Shown here: positions 1-11,972 of the stretch, in pieces
How the letters are laid out: each line of letters starts with the position of its first letter
Numbering within the stretch: position 1 is the stretch's first letter
From: a virus
Lineage: Duplodnaviria; Heunggongvirae; Uroviricota; Caudoviricetes
Virus record (IMG/VR): IMGVR_UViG_2563367002_000001
Strand: one strand, 5' to 3'
DNA length: 38,579 nt
Translations under genes and position numbers: made by a program
The notes under the pieces: model-generated
What the model saw: only the letters and a program-made list of their open reading frames with translations
What the model was told of the DNA's origin: nothing
Databases searched by the model: none

Positions 1-1143
1 CTATGCTGTTTTGATATCTACGATAATCCAGTCTTTACCACGATCATCATTGTATCGGTCGGTCATTTTTCTGGATTTATGACCTAACAACTTTTGCGTA
101 TCCAGACCCTGTTCCCGATATAACCGTTCTGACAGAGATCGCTGCTCATGAAATGTGGGCGCAGTTCCTGGCTCCCATTTTATGCCACATTTTTCCCTGG
201 CCTTTTTAAAAGCCGTTGTAAGAGTATTTGCAGACACCTGGTCTCCTCTGTTTGCTTGAGAGGTAGTGTGACGGTAATGGACCAGATATTTACTAACAAC
301 AGCATCCCTGCACTGAGATATAACTTCACGAAGGGTAATATTCAGAGCATCGCATTTCAGGTTAAGCGGAATAGCAAGTTTTGAACCGGTTTTTTCCTGA
401 GTAATGTGCAACATGTCGTCCCAGATATCAGAGAATTTCAAATTGCAGATATCGCCTAAACGTTGTCCAGTGACAAGAGCAAGTAGCATCCCGCATTTTA
501 AATAGGGCTGCCGTCTGCTTACGCTGTCAAATATTGCCTGCCATTCGGGCAGTGATAATCTTTGGCGGTTTACTCGATTTCGCGGTTGTTTTGTTGCCTG
601 CGCTGGGTTAAATCCTGGCGGAACATGTCCTGCGTGTTGTGCTTCTTTGAAGACGTCGATCAACACCATTCTCACGACTTGCGCCATCCTGTTATGACCT
701 TCAGCCTTTACAGCATCAATTATTTCGGCAATATCAAGTGCGGTAATATCCTTGAGGTGTTGCATTCCACAATGCTCACGGAAAAGACGAATGGGTTTGC
801 CTTTTTGCCGATAGGAGTTGGGTCTTAGTTCATTATGTTGCAGCCTGTCCTCCTGGATAGAAATATATTTATCAAGCCATTCTGTCACCGTAATGTCTGA
901 GCGCCTGCCTTTCATTCTTTCTAGACGCTCATTGACGCTTAATATTTGTCGGGTACGTTGTTCAGCAATAATGGTATTTGCTTCAGTAGCAACTTGTTTT
1001 GCTTCATTCTCATCAGTTCCTAAGCTATGAAAACGACCGGATAGTGGATGTTTGTATTGCCAATATACCTTTCCGGTTCGCTTATCTAATTTGCAATATA
1101 AATTGGGTATAGAGATTTTGTGAGATCGGGGTCTAGCAGCCAT
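1..1143 (-). CDS. int: Phage tyrosine integrase (site-specific recombinase), 380 aa
   Basis: Full ORF with stop at 1-3. C-terminal HKSRKMTDRY segment fits the tyrosine recombinase catalytic motif. Position at prophage end next to an excisionase-like gene. Lambda-type int/xis overlap. Confidence 0.9.
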   Translation of the reverse strand: MAARPRSHKISIPNLYCKLDKRTGKVYWQYKHPLSGRFHSLGTDENEAKQVATEANTIIAEQRTRQILSVNERLERMKGRRSDITVTEWLDKYISIQEDRLQHNELRPNSYRQKGKPIRLFREHCGMQHLKDITALDIAEIIDAVKAEGHNRMAQVVRMVLIDVFKEAQHAGHVPPGFNPAQATKQPRNRVNRQRLSLPEWQAIFDSVSRRQPYLKCGMLLALVTGQRLGDICNLKFSDIWDDMLHITQEKTGSKLAIPLNLKCDALNITLREVISQCRDAVVSKYLVHYRHTTSQANRGDQVSANTLTTAFKKAREKCGIKWEPGTAPTFHEQRSLSERLYREQGLDTQKLLGHKSRKMTDRYNDDRGKDWIIVDIKTA

Positions 1144-1369
1144 CAGCGATTATCCGTTGGAGTTTTGGGTTTGCGTTTATTGGGAGTTGCGGTTCTGCAA
1201 GCGTTCCTACAAAACGGGAATTTCGGTCAATCATCCAGTAGCGACCAACTTTTATAGCGGGTGGGGCCATCATTTTCCCTTGCGCGTATTTTTTCAGAAC
1301 TCGCTCACTTGGTGCTAAGTCCCCAAATTCTTCTTTAGCCCAGTCCTGTAAAGTGATTAGTCGAGACAT
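1133..1369 (-). CDS. xis: Excisionase-like small DNA-binding protein, 78 aa
   Basis: Small ORF immediately upstream of int and overlapping it by 11 nt. Strong RBS AGGAGG 5 nt before the ATG. Basic, Trp-containing protein typical of prophage excisionases. Confidence 0.75.
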   Translation of the reverse strand: MSRLITLQDWAKEEFGDLAPSERVLKKYAQGKMMAPPAIKVGRYWMIDRNSRFVGTLAEPQLPINANPKLQRIIADGC

Positions 1370-1508
1370 TTGTCCTCCTCTTAGCTGCTGAGGGAGTTTG
1401 TGACCGATATATCTGACATGATATTAAGCTCATGGCAGGTACATCTCTTGACTGGTCATAGAGATAAATTTAATGCTGAGAAATGCAGTATTGAATTTAT
1501 CAATTTTT

Positions 1509-1748
1509 CTATTTCCTGCGTATGGCACGTAACTTCTTAATGTGTTCTGCTGTTTCGATCTCTTCAGCTATCCGATCTGCGTCAGCTTTATTCACAGGTT
1601 CAAAGTCATGATTAAAGCGGAACATGCTGGCGATACATGTTCTGCCTTTTCGGATGTAGTGAACTTTGTTGTGAGTGGAACGCAGGATTTTGCAGGGAGT
1701 GCCGTGGTGGTCGACGTACCAGGTGTTAGGGTAAATCACTCTGAACAT
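1509..1748 (-). CDS. Small hypothetical early-left protein, 79 aa (DUF4222-like by recollection)
   Basis: ORF MFRVIYPNTWYVDHHG... in the same orientation as the int/xis operon. Family assignment is from memory only. Confidence 0.55.
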   Translation of the reverse strand: MFRVIYPNTWYVDHHGTPCKILRSTHNKVHYIRKGRTCIASMFRFNHDFEPVNKADADRIAEEIETAEHIKKLRAIRRK

Positions 1749-1773
1749 TCTTGACCTTGTGTTGTGCGGATTG

Positions 1774-2058
1774 TTATTCAGTGCCGATATTTACCTTTAT
1801 CGCGTATACCTTTACCGGTTTATCACCGAAGTGCGGATGTGTGATTGTCTTCACTTCATATCCGTCATACGGAACATCAACTCTGCGGCTGGAATCGTCG
1901 CGCTTCGGATATCCCTTTGTGATAATCAGGCGGTCATGCTTACGGTTAACGAGGCGCTTTTTCCAGTAGTCATTACACAGGCGATACTCTTCCGTTTTCT
2001 CTCCGCGAATCATGGCATCGAAGTATTCACCTTTAACGGCAAGTTGCAGGTTAGCCAC
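1774..2058 (-). CDS. Hypothetical protein, 94 aa, possible ASCH/PUA-like fold
   Basis: ORF in operon orientation. Proposed GTG start at 2058-2056 is preceded by AAGGAG with a 6-nt spacer; the track's upstream ATG at 2142 lacks an RBS and overlaps the upstream gene. Fold guess is weak (GEKTEEYRL motif). Confidence 0.5.
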   Translation of the reverse strand: MANLQLAVKGEYFDAMIRGEKTEEYRLCNDYWKKRLVNRKHDRLIITKGYPKRDDSSRRVDVPYDGYEVKTITHPHFGDKPVKVYAIKVNIGTE

Positions 2059-2791
2059 GGTTAACTCCTTGCTGTGTGGCGTCGAGTAATAAATCCCACA
2101 ACCGCTGAGAGCAATTTCCGCATGTACAGCGTTGACCCACAACGTTTATCGCGTTGCTGATTTCCGGCGTTACCTGTTTAGGAACCATAACCCAACCATC
2201 CGGAGTTACCGGAAGCGAGAACGGCAGCACATCTCTGTGAACAAGTTTTTGCTGTGACAGGTTATCCAGAACTTTCTGTACTGCTGCATCACCGAATACA
2301 CCAAGCGCATCTGCCATAACTCCTACAACCTGATAAGCCTCAGCGCATACCGTGGATAAACCATCCGGAATTACCGGAGAGTTGCCGGGTTCTTTAATGT
2401 GCAAGCGAGGCTCACCATCTTTTGGCTCAGGCCACTGGCGCTCCATGTTGATCTTCAATTTATCTTCCATAGCAACGGTAATTTCAGCATCGCTGATGCC
2501 AGCACGGCGCTGTGCATCCCACAACAGAAACTGCATATCAGCCCACTCGCTAAGATCGTCTGGTTCGGCTGCGGCTTCCAGTGCCTCTTTTGAGAGGTGT
2601 TTCAGTGGACCAATGGGGCCAACGCAGCCAAATGTGGAGTCAGACCATTTGGCATGCTCGTGGCGAATCTGTTCGCGTTCCAGTGATGCCAGTGCAATTC
2701 GTGCTAGTTCCATTTGTTCGCCACGAGTAAGCCCGTTTTCAAGCGGATTTTTAATGAACAATTCAATACGTTCTTTGGTAATAGTGGTCAT
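2051..2791 (-). CDS. Ead/Ea22-like early accessory protein, 246 aa (possible DUF550 / nucleotide pyrophosphohydrolase-like domain)
   Basis: Long ORF whose ATG overlaps the upstream stop as ATGA (translational coupling). Shares the motif NSPVIPDG with two neighbouring paralogues. Domain assignment is from memory and unverified. Confidence 0.65.
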   Translation of the reverse strand: MTTITKERIELFIKNPLENGLTRGEQMELARIALASLEREQIRHEHAKWSDSTFGCVGPIGPLKHLSKEALEAAAEPDDLSEWADMQFLLWDAQRRAGISDAEITVAMEDKLKINMERQWPEPKDGEPRLHIKEPGNSPVIPDGLSTVCAEAYQVVGVMADALGVFGDAAVQKVLDNLSQQKLVHRDVLPFSLPVTPDGWVMVPKQVTPEISNAINVVGQRCTCGNCSQRLWDLLLDATQQGVNRG

Positions 2792-2997
2792 GTGTTAATC
2801 CTCAAAACTTTATGCCCGGGCGCAAAAGTACGTGTTTTGTCTTTGCTTATTCGCCACCCGTCTTTACGGGCCTCTTTTGCACAACCAGACCATGACGTAC
2901 CGATATACTCACCGAAGTCTGGCACTGGATATACACCTTCCGTACACTGGCGACAATCACAATAGAGATGCATGGTGTAACTTGCGGCAATAGCCAT
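2788..2997 (-). CDS. Small Cys-rich hypothetical protein, 69 aa (MAIAASYTMHLYCDCRQC...)
   Basis: ATG at 2997 lies 1 nt after the upstream stop; its own stop overlaps the next start as ATGA. CxC...C pattern suggests metal binding. Confidence 0.5.
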   Translation of the reverse strand: MAIAASYTMHLYCDCRQCTEGVYPVPDFGEYIGTSWSGCAKEARKDGWRISKDKTRTFAPGHKVLRINT

Positions 2998-2998
2998 A

Positions 2999-3532
2999 TC
3001 ACTCTCTTTTTCCCTGAAGCATGGCAGCGTGGCAGGCATCCTCTACGCCCTTAACTGCATCTGCGCAGTAGTTATAGCGATTGCATTCCACTAACTTCTG
3101 CCTGAGATTTTCAATTGCTTGCGCGACATCAGCCTGTATTACAGGAACTGGCGGAACGGCTGTCTGCTGCTCTCGAACGTCATTAGTCGCTATCGGTTCT
3201 GCTGCCAACTGACTGGCATATTTGTTAATGGTAACGATAAGCTCTTGCTCAGCCTCATCCAGACAATCACCGATACCTCGCCTGTCGCCGTCAAAATCAT
3301 CGAAATCAGCACGAACTCTGGCAAATTTCAGGATTGCGGACAACACCTCACCAGGAATTACCGGAGAGTTGGTTGACGTTTCCGAAATTTCCCGAAAATT
3401 ATTGGTTGACGAATTCGCGTTTTCCCGAAAGTTTCCGGCATGAAGCATAGCCGCGCGGCAGGCGTTCCAGCCTCTCACCTCTGCAATAGCGGCAACAGCA
3501 TCGACCGCGTACATGCTAAGAGGGTTAGGCAT
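2999..3532 (-). CDS. Hypothetical early-left protein, about 177 aa; start uncertain
   Basis: ORF with an NSPVIPGE motif and a low-complexity NFREN/NFREI linker. The track start (TTG at 3607) overlaps the upstream gene with no RBS, so ATG 3532 or 3514 is preferred. Confidence 0.5.
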   Translation of the reverse strand: MPNPLSMYAVDAVAAIAEVRGWNACRAAMLHAGNFRENANSSTNNFREISETSTNSPVIPGEVLSAILKFARVRADFDDFDGDRRGIGDCLDEAEQELIVTINKYASQLAAEPIATNDVREQQTAVPPVPVIQADVAQAIENLRQKLVECNRYNYCADAVKGVEDACHAAMLQGKRE

Positions 3533-3549
3533 TGGTTTTTCTTCAGGTA

Positions 3550-3804
3550 CTACTGGCACTGGCTTGGCATATATAGCGGCTGAACATACCAACCCTTTGA
3601 TAACCAACTGTCAGCAATGTTTTTACTCCTCGTTATTGCCGGAATACCTAAGCCATTGTCTGAATGCAGCCATGCCACCGGATTCTCTTCCAGCGATGCC
3701 AGAGCAATTTCATAAGCCCGGCGCTCAACATTGTCTCGCACATCCAAACTGCTGATACGCTCTTTGATTTCTTTAATCAGTTCTTTGTCGGTAAAAGTGC
3801 TCAT
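3550..3804 (-). CDS. Hypothetical early-left protein, 84 aa (MSTFTDKELIKEIKERISSLD...)
   Basis: ATG at 3804 preceded by GGAG. The track ORF extends to 3870 only because the frame stays open into the IS end; those 17 N-terminal codons are IS-derived. Confidence 0.55.
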   Translation of the reverse strand: MSTFTDKELIKEIKERISSLDVRDNVERRAYEIALASLEENPVAWLHSDNGLGIPAITRSKNIADSWLSKGWYVQPLYMPSQCQ

Positions 3805-3893
3805 ATCAATCTCCATTGGTGTGAAGTGGTTTACTGAATTTGGCCACCTGAACAGAGGTGATATGCTCACCTCAGAACAACACAGGTGCCATA

Positions 3894-5819
<1,926 letters not shown>

Positions 5820-5823
<4 letters not shown>

Positions 5824-6041
5824 TTCGAACCTCTCTGTTTACTGATAAGCTCCAGATCCTCCTGGCAACTTGCACAAGTCCGACAACCCTGAACGACCAG
5901 GCGTCTTCGTTCATCTATGGGATCGCCACACTCACAACAATGAGTGGCGGATATAGTCTGGTAGTTCAGACGACGCATTTTTATTGCTGTATTGCGCTGT
6001 AATTCTTCAATTTCTGATGCTGAATCAATGATGTCCGCCAT
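5820..6041 (-). CDS. TraR/DksA-family C4 zinc-finger protein, 73 aa (lambda orf60a/Orf73-like)
   Basis: CxxC...CxxC motif (CCECGDPIDE...CRTCASCQ). Position between Ea22 and exo as in lambda. Start overlaps the neighbouring gene. Confidence 0.75.
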
Positions 6042-6139
6042 CTTTCATTAATCCCTGAATTGTTGGTTAATACGCTTGAGGGTGAATGCGAATAATAAAA
6101 AAGGAGCCTGTAGCTCCCTGATGATTTTGCTTTTCATGT

Positions 6140-6421
6140 TCACCGTTCCTTAAAGACGCCGTTTAACATGCCGATCGCCAGGCTTAAATGAGTCGGTGTG
6201 AATCCCATCAGCGTTACCGTTTCGCGGTGCTTCTTTAGTACGCTACGGCAAATGTCATCGACGTTTTTATCCGGAAACTGCTGTCTGGCTTTTTTGATTT
6301 CAGAATTAGCCTGACGGGCAATGCTGCGAAGGGCGTTTTCTTGCTGAGGTGTCACTGAACAAGCCCCATGTCGGCAAGCATAAGCACACAGAATATGAAG
6401 CCCGCTGCCAGAAAAATGCAT
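6140..6421 (-). CDS. Lambda orf61-like small protein; start uncertain
   Basis: C-terminal portion VTPQQENALRSIARQANSEIKKARQQFPDKNVDD... resembles a lambda early-left small ORF. The track ORF starts at the most upstream ATG and may be too long. Confidence 0.5.
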   Translation of the reverse strand: MHFSGSGLHILCAYACRHGACSVTPQQENALRSIARQANSEIKKARQQFPDKNVDDICRSVLKKHRETVTLMGFTPTHLSLAIGMLNGVFKER

Positions 6422-6431
6422 TCAGTGGTTG

Positions 6432-6623
6432 TCATACCTGGTCTCTCTCATCTGCTTCTGCTTTCGCCACCATCATTTCCAGCTTTTGTGAAAGGGATGT
6501 GGCTAACGTATGAAATTCTTCGTCTGTTTCTACTGGTATTGGCACAAACCTGACTCCAATTTGAGCAAGGCTATGTGCCATCTCAATACTCGTTCTTAAC
6601 TCAACAGGAGATGCTTTGTGCAT
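6432..6623 (-). CDS. Lambda orf63-like small protein, 63 aa
   Basis: Exact 63-codon ORF in the position of lambda orf63, between exo and orf61. Confidence 0.6.
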   Translation of the reverse strand: MHKASPVELRTSIEMAHSLAQIGVRFVPIPVETDEEFHTLATSLSQKLEMMVAKAEADERDQV

Positions 6624-6774
6624 ACCGCCTCCCGTTTATTATTTATCTTCTCAGCCAGCCGCTGTGCTTTCAGTGGATTTCTGATAACAGAAAGGCCGGG
6701 AAATACCCAGCCTCGCTTTGTAACGGAGTAGACGAAAGTGATCGCGCCTACCCGGATATTATCGTGAGGATGCG

Positions 6775-7455
6775 TCATCGCCATTGCTCCCCAAATACAA
6801 AACTAATTTCAGCCAGTGCCTCGTCCATTTTTTCGATGAACTCCGGCACCATCTCGTCAAAACTCGCCATGTACTTTTCATCCCGCTCAACCACGACATA
6901 ATGCAGTCCTTCACGCTTCATACGCGGGTCATAGTTGGCAAAGTACCAGGCATCTTTTCGCGTCACCCACATGCTGTACTGCACCTGGGCCATGTAAGCC
7001 GATTTTATGGCCTCGAAACCACCGAGCCGGAACTTCATGAAATCCCGGGAGGTAAACGGGCATTTCAGCTCAAGGCCGTTGCCGTCACTGCATAAACCAT
7101 CGGGAGAGCAGGCGGTGCGCATACTTTCGTCGCGATAGATGATCGGGGATTCAGTAACATTCACGCCGGAAGTAAACTCAAACAGGGCTCTGGCGTCGTT
7201 CTCGTACTGTTTTCCCCAAGCCAGCGCCTTAGCGTTAACTTCCGGAGCCACACCGGTGCAAACCTCAGCAAGCAGGGTGTGGAAGTAGGACATTTTCATG
7301 TCAGGCCATTTCTTTCCGGAGCGGGGTTTTGCTATCACGTTGTGAACTTCTGAAGCGGTGATGACGCCGAGCCGTAATTTGTGCCATGCATCATCCCCCT
7401 GTTCGACAGCTCTCACGTCGATCCCGGTACGCTGCAGGATAATGTCCGGTGTCAT
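6775..7455 (-). CDS. exo: Lambda exonuclease (Red-alpha), 226 aa
   Basis: Matches lambda Exo along its length ([42 protein letters not shown]...). Start overlaps the bet stop. Confidence 0.95.
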   Translation of the reverse strand: MTPDIILQRTGIDVRAVEQGDDAWHKLRLGVITASEVHNVIAKPRSGKKWPDMKMSYFHTLLAEVCTGVAPEVNAKALAWGKQYENDARALFEFTSGVNVTESPIIYRDESMRTACSPDGLCSDGNGLELKCPFTSRDFMKFRLGGFEAIKSAYMAQVQYSMWVTRKDAWYFANYDPRMKREGLHYVVVERDEKYMASFDEMVPEFIEKMDEALAEISFVFGEQWR

Positions 7456-7911
7456 GCTGCCACCTTCTGCTCAGTGGCTTTCTGTTTCAGGAATCCAAGA
7501 GCTTTCACTGCTTCGGCCTGTGTCAGTTCTGACGATGCGCGAATGTCGCGGCGAAATATCTGGGAACAGAGCGGCAATAAGTCGTCATCCCATGTTTTAT
7601 CCAGGGCGATCAGCAGAGTGTTAATCTCCTGCATGGTTTCATCGTTAACCGGAGTGATGTCGCGTTCCGGCTGACGTTCTGCAGTGTATGCGGTATTTTC
7701 GACAATGCGCTCGGCTTCATCCTTGTCATAGATACCAGCAAATCCGAAGGCGAGACGGGCACACTGAATCATGGCTTTATGCCGTAACATCCGTTTGGGA
7801 TGCGACTGCCACGGCCCCGTGATTTCTCTGCCTTCGCGGGTTTTGAATGGTTCGCGGCGGCATTCATCCATCCACTCGGTAACGCAGATCGGATGATTGC
7901 GGTCTTTGCGG
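7452..7911 (-). pseudogene. bet: bet (Red-beta) 3' fragment; 5' part removed at the IS911 junction
   Basis: The frame reads ...RKDRNHPICVTEWMDECRREPFKTREGREITGPWQSHPKRMLRHKAMIQCARLAFGFAGIYDKDEAERI..., the C-terminal half of lambda Bet. It runs without a start codon straight into the IS end at 7911/7912. Confidence 0.9.
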
Positions 7912-7941
7912 TGAAGTGGTCAACAAAAACTGGCCACCGAG

Positions 7942-9089
<1,148 letters not shown>

Positions 9090-9161
9090 TATGGCACCTG
9101 TGTTGTTCTGAGGTGAGCATATCACCTCTGTTCAGGTGGCCAAATTCAGTAAACCACTTCA

Positions 9162-9568
9162 CACATCAGCAAAACGCTATTCACGCAGTACAGCAAATCC
9201 TTCCAGACCCAACCAAACCAATCGTAGTAACCATTCAGGAACGCAACCGCAGCTTAGACCAAAACAGGAAGCTATGGGCCTGCTTAGGTGACGTCTCTCG
9301 TCAGGTTGAATGGCATGGTCGCTGGCTGGATGCAGAAAGCTGGAAGTGTGTGTTTACCGCAGCATTAAAGCAGCAGGATGTTGTTCCTAACCTTGCCGGG
9401 AATGGCTTTGTGGTAATAGGCCAGTCAACCAGCAGGATGCGTGTAAGCGAATTTGCGGAGCTATTAGAGCTTATACAGGCATTCGGTACAGAGCGTGGCG
9501 TTAAGTGGTCAGACGAAGCGCGACTGGCTCTCGAATGGAAAGCGCGATGGGGAGATCGGGCTGCATGA
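9162..9568 (+). pseudogene. ninB: ninB (NinB/Orf-family recombination protein) lacking its first ~12 codons; fused in frame to IS-derived codons
   Basis: From the IS junction the frame reads HQQNAIHAVQQILPDPTKPIVVTIQERNRSLDQNRKLWACLGDV... to the native stop, matching lambda NinB as recalled. The native N-terminus is missing. Confidence 0.85.
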
Positions 9569-10092
9569 CTATCAAATCAAATACGCCAGCACACGACAAG
9601 GACTGCTGGCAAACGCCGCTTTGGCTTTTTGATGCACTGGATATTGAGTTTGGATTCTGGCTGGATTCGGCAGCGAGCGACAAAAATGCTCTGTGCGCTC
9701 ACTGGCTAACTGAGGACGACGACGCGCTCAATTCTGAGTGGGTAAGCCACGGTGCAATCTGGAATAACCCACCGTACAGCAATATCAGGCCGTGGGTGGA
9801 AAAAGCCGCTGAGCAGTGTATACAACAGCGACAGACGGTAGTGATGCTTGTGCCAGAGGATATGTCTGTCGGATGGTTCAGCAAGGCTCTGGAGAGTGTT
9901 GACGAAGTTCGTATTATCACTGATGGACGGATTAATTTTATCGAACCATCGACAGGGCTGGAGAAGAAGGGAAACAGCAAAGGCTCCATGCTGCTGATTT
10001 GGCGACCGTTCATCAGTCCTCGACGGATGTTTACTACCGTATCCAAAGCGGCATTGATGGCGATCGGGCAGGGCGTCAGGAGGGCTGCATGA
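9565..10092 (+). CDS. Phage N6-adenine DNA methyltransferase (Dam-like), about 175 aa
   Basis: NPPY catalytic motif ([10 protein letters not shown]). ATG overlaps the ninB stop as ATGA. Typical nin-region position. Confidence 0.8.
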   Translation: MTIKSNTPAHDKDCWQTPLWLFDALDIEFGFWLDSAASDKNALCAHWLTEDDDALNSEWVSHGAIWNNPPYSNIRPWVEKAAEQCIQQRQTVVMLVPEDMSVGWFSKALESVDEVRIITDGRINFIEPSTGLEKKGNSKGSMLLIWRPFISPRRMFTTVSKAALMAIGQGVRRAA

Positions 10093-10265
10093 GACGACAG
10101 CGACGAAGCATCACCGACATAATCTGCGAAAACTGCAAATACCTTCCAACGAAACGCTCCAGAAATAAACGCAAGCTAATCCCAAAAGAATCTGACGTAA
10201 AAACCTTCAATTACACAGCCCACCTGTGGGATATCCGGTGGCTAAGATATCGTGCGAGGAAATGA
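10089..10265 (+). CDS. ninE: NinE protein, 58 aa
   Basis: [29 protein letters not shown]... matches lambda/DLP12 NinE as recalled. ATGA overlap with the methyltransferase stop. Confidence 0.8.
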   Translation: MRRQRRSITDIICENCKYLPTKRSRNKRKLIPKESDVKTFNYTAHLWDIRWLRYRARK

Positions 10266-10609
10266 CAATGGATTATTCACAGTTAAGTGATTTTGAAATT
10301 AACAGAATGGTAGGAGACATAATTTTTAAAGGCCTTTGGGCAAGTAAACCGGAAACATCAGGGAATAACACCAACAAATGGTATTACGGAAATGCTGATA
10401 CAACTTTTGAGCCATTAAATCATTTGCCTGACTACTGCAATGATCCGAGCGCTTCATGGCCGATTATTGAGAAATACAGGATTTCTATCTTAGACCAGTT
10501 AACTGAATGGTGTGTGGATGCAAAAGGCGTAAGCCCAATATTTGATACCAGACCTCTCCGCGCCGCCATGATTGTCTTTCTCCTGATGCAGGAGGCCAAT
10601 AATGCTTAG
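10262..10609 (+). CDS. Hypothetical nin-region protein, 115 aa
   Basis: ORF starting [17 protein letters not shown]..., translationally coupled to ninE by an ATGA overlap. Function unknown. Confidence 0.6.
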   Translation: MTMDYSQLSDFEINRMVGDIIFKGLWASKPETSGNNTNKWYYGNADTTFEPLNHLPDYCNDPSASWPIIEKYRISILDQLTEWCVDAKGVSPIFDTRPLRAAMIVFLLMQEANNA

Positions 10610-10796
10610 CCCATCTCAATCCCTTCAATACCTGAAAGAAAGCATAGAGCGGGCTTCAATGTGCACAGAGTGGATTCTATCTAGGTTTAGCGCATACAGA
10701 AGATTGCCGGTAAAGGGCATGCCAAGCAAGTCGATGCTGCATATGCAAAAGAATGCGCGCTGGAAGGTATGGCGAGAACACAGGTTATGTGGCTGA
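10602..10796 (+). CDS. NinF-like small protein with divergent C-terminus, 64 aa
   Basis: The first 16 residues ([16 protein letters not shown]) resemble lambda NinF. The remainder lacks the Cys-rich NinF C-terminus I recall and is very basic and Trp-rich. Confidence 0.45.
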   Translation: MLSPSQSLQYLKESIERASMCTEWILSRFSAYRRLPVKGMPSKSMLHMQKNARWKVWREHRLCG

Positions 10797-10815
10797 AAGA
10801 GGGGGTTATTAAGGC

Positions 10816-11178
10816 GTGAATACCTACAGCATCACATTACCCTGGCCTCCGAGCAATAATCGCTATTACCGCCATAATCGCGGGCGCACGCACGTCAGCG
10901 CAGAGGGGCAGGCATACCGCGATAACGTCGCCCGAATCATTAAAAACGCAATGCTGGATATCGGCCTGGCTATGCCTGTGAAAATCCGCATTGAGTGCCA
11001 CATGCCGGATCGCCGTCGCCGTGACCTGGATAATCTGCAAAAAGCCGCTTTTGACGCACTCACTAAAGCAGGTTTCTGGCTGGATGATGCTCAGGTCGTT
11101 GATTACCGCGTTGTGAAGATGCCTGTTACCAAAGGTGGGAGGCTGGAACTGACCATCACCGAAATGGGGAATGAATGA
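10816..11178 (+). CDS. rusA: Holliday junction resolvase RusA, 120 aa
   Basis: GTG start. The sequence [32 protein letters not shown]... matches E. coli RusA as recalled. Confidence 0.9.
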   Translation: MNTYSITLPWPPSNNRYYRHNRGRTHVSAEGQAYRDNVARIIKNAMLDIGLAMPVKIRIECHMPDRRRRDLDNLQKAAFDALTKAGFWLDDAQVVDYRVVKMPVTKGGRLELTITEMGNE

Positions 11179-11315
11179 TGTTTGAGTTTAATATGGCAGA
11201 ACTTCTTCGCCACCGCTGGGGGCGTCTGCGCTTATATCGTTTCCTCGGTTCTGTTTTGACCGATTACCGAATACTGAAGAATTACGCCAAAACCCTGACA
11301 GGAACAGGAGTATGA
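11175..11315 (+). CDS. ylcG: YlcG-like small protein, 46 aa
   Basis: Short [49 protein letters not shown], below the 60-aa track cutoff. ATG overlaps the rusA stop. Matches DLP12 YlcG as recalled. Confidence 0.6.
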   Translation: MMFEFNMAELLRHRWGRLRLYRFLGSVLTDYRILKNYAKTLTGTGV

Positions 11316-11400
11316 AGTCAGAGATAACAATCAACTAATACTGTTTTGTTGATTTTTGCTTGTAATTGGCGTTCTGGTCTGATTTTTGTGGAGTAAGTTG

Positions 11401-11784
11401 ATGCGTGATATTCAGATGGTTCTTGAGCGTTGGGGTGCGTGGGCGGCTAATAATCATGAAGATGTGACCTGGTCGTCCATTGCCGCCGGTTTTAAGGGAT
11501 TAATTCCTTCAAAAGTAAAATCTCGCCCGCAATGTTGTGACGATGACGCGATGATCATTTGCGGGTGCATGGCCCGTCTGAAAAAGAACAACAGCGATTT
11601 ACACGATTTATTAGTAGATTATTATGTATGTGGTATGACATTCATGTCACTGGCAAGTAAGCATTGCTGCTCGGATGGTTATATCGGGAAAAGGTTACAG
11701 AAGGCTGAGGGCATAATTGAAGGGATGTTAATGGCATTAGATATCCGGTTAGATATGGATATCGTTGCTAATAATTCTAATTGA
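11401..11784 (+). CDS. quuD: Late-gene antiterminator Q (QuuD-like), 127 aa
   Basis: ATG at 11401 preceded by GGAG. Cys-rich zinc-binding segment ([16 protein letters not shown]). Position after rusA-ylcG as in DLP12. Confidence 0.85.
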   Translation: MRDIQMVLERWGAWAANNHEDVTWSSIAAGFKGLIPSKVKSRPQCCDDDAMIICGCMARLKKNNSDLHDLLVDYYVCGMTFMSLASKHCCSDGYIGKRLQKAEGIIEGMLMALDIRLDMDIVANNSN

Positions 11785-11808
11785 TATGCAATTGTTTACT
11801 AAAAGTTA

Positions 11809-11834
11809 TTAAAAATGGGGCGTGGAAACGCCCC
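11809..11834 (-). terminator. Rho-independent terminator for minus-strand transcripts (likely porin terminator)
   Basis: Hairpin GGGGCG-tggaaa-CGCCCC at 11817-11834. On the minus strand it is followed by ATTTTT (plus-strand AAAAAT at 11811-11816). Confidence 0.5.
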
Positions 11835-11921
11835 CAAAATAAAGGGTAATATATAACAGAAGGTTTATATAGTAAGAAGCAAGGTAGTGCTTCTAAAGGA
11901 AGTGGCTTGAGGGCTCCACTT

Positions 11922-11961
11922 ATATGTTGCGGAGGCAAAGCCTCCCGCAACATATCTTTTT
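11922..11961 (+). terminator. Rho-independent terminator for plus-strand transcripts downstream of Q
   Basis: Stem ATATGTTGCGG...CCGCAACATAT of about 11 bp plus an AGG/CCT extension, followed by CTTTTTCG at 11955-11962. Confidence 0.6.
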
Positions 11962-11972
11962 CGTAAGTCAGA

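Noticed and set aside
1-120. attL core at the left edge of the window
   Set aside because: The window begins exactly at the int stop codon; the attachment site would lie outside it, so nothing can be called here.
2352-2798. 148-aa plus-strand ORF antisense to the 246-aa early-left gene
   Set aside because: Opposite to the operon direction and overlapping a better-supported gene; Ser/Arg-rich junk-like translation.
3805-3870. N-terminal extension [17 protein letters not shown] on the track ORFs 3550-3870 and 9113-9568
   Set aside because: These 17 codons are the open outward-reading frame of the IS911 left inverted repeat, identical at both copies, and not native N-termini. The native gene at 3550 starts at ATG 3804; ninB is simply truncated.
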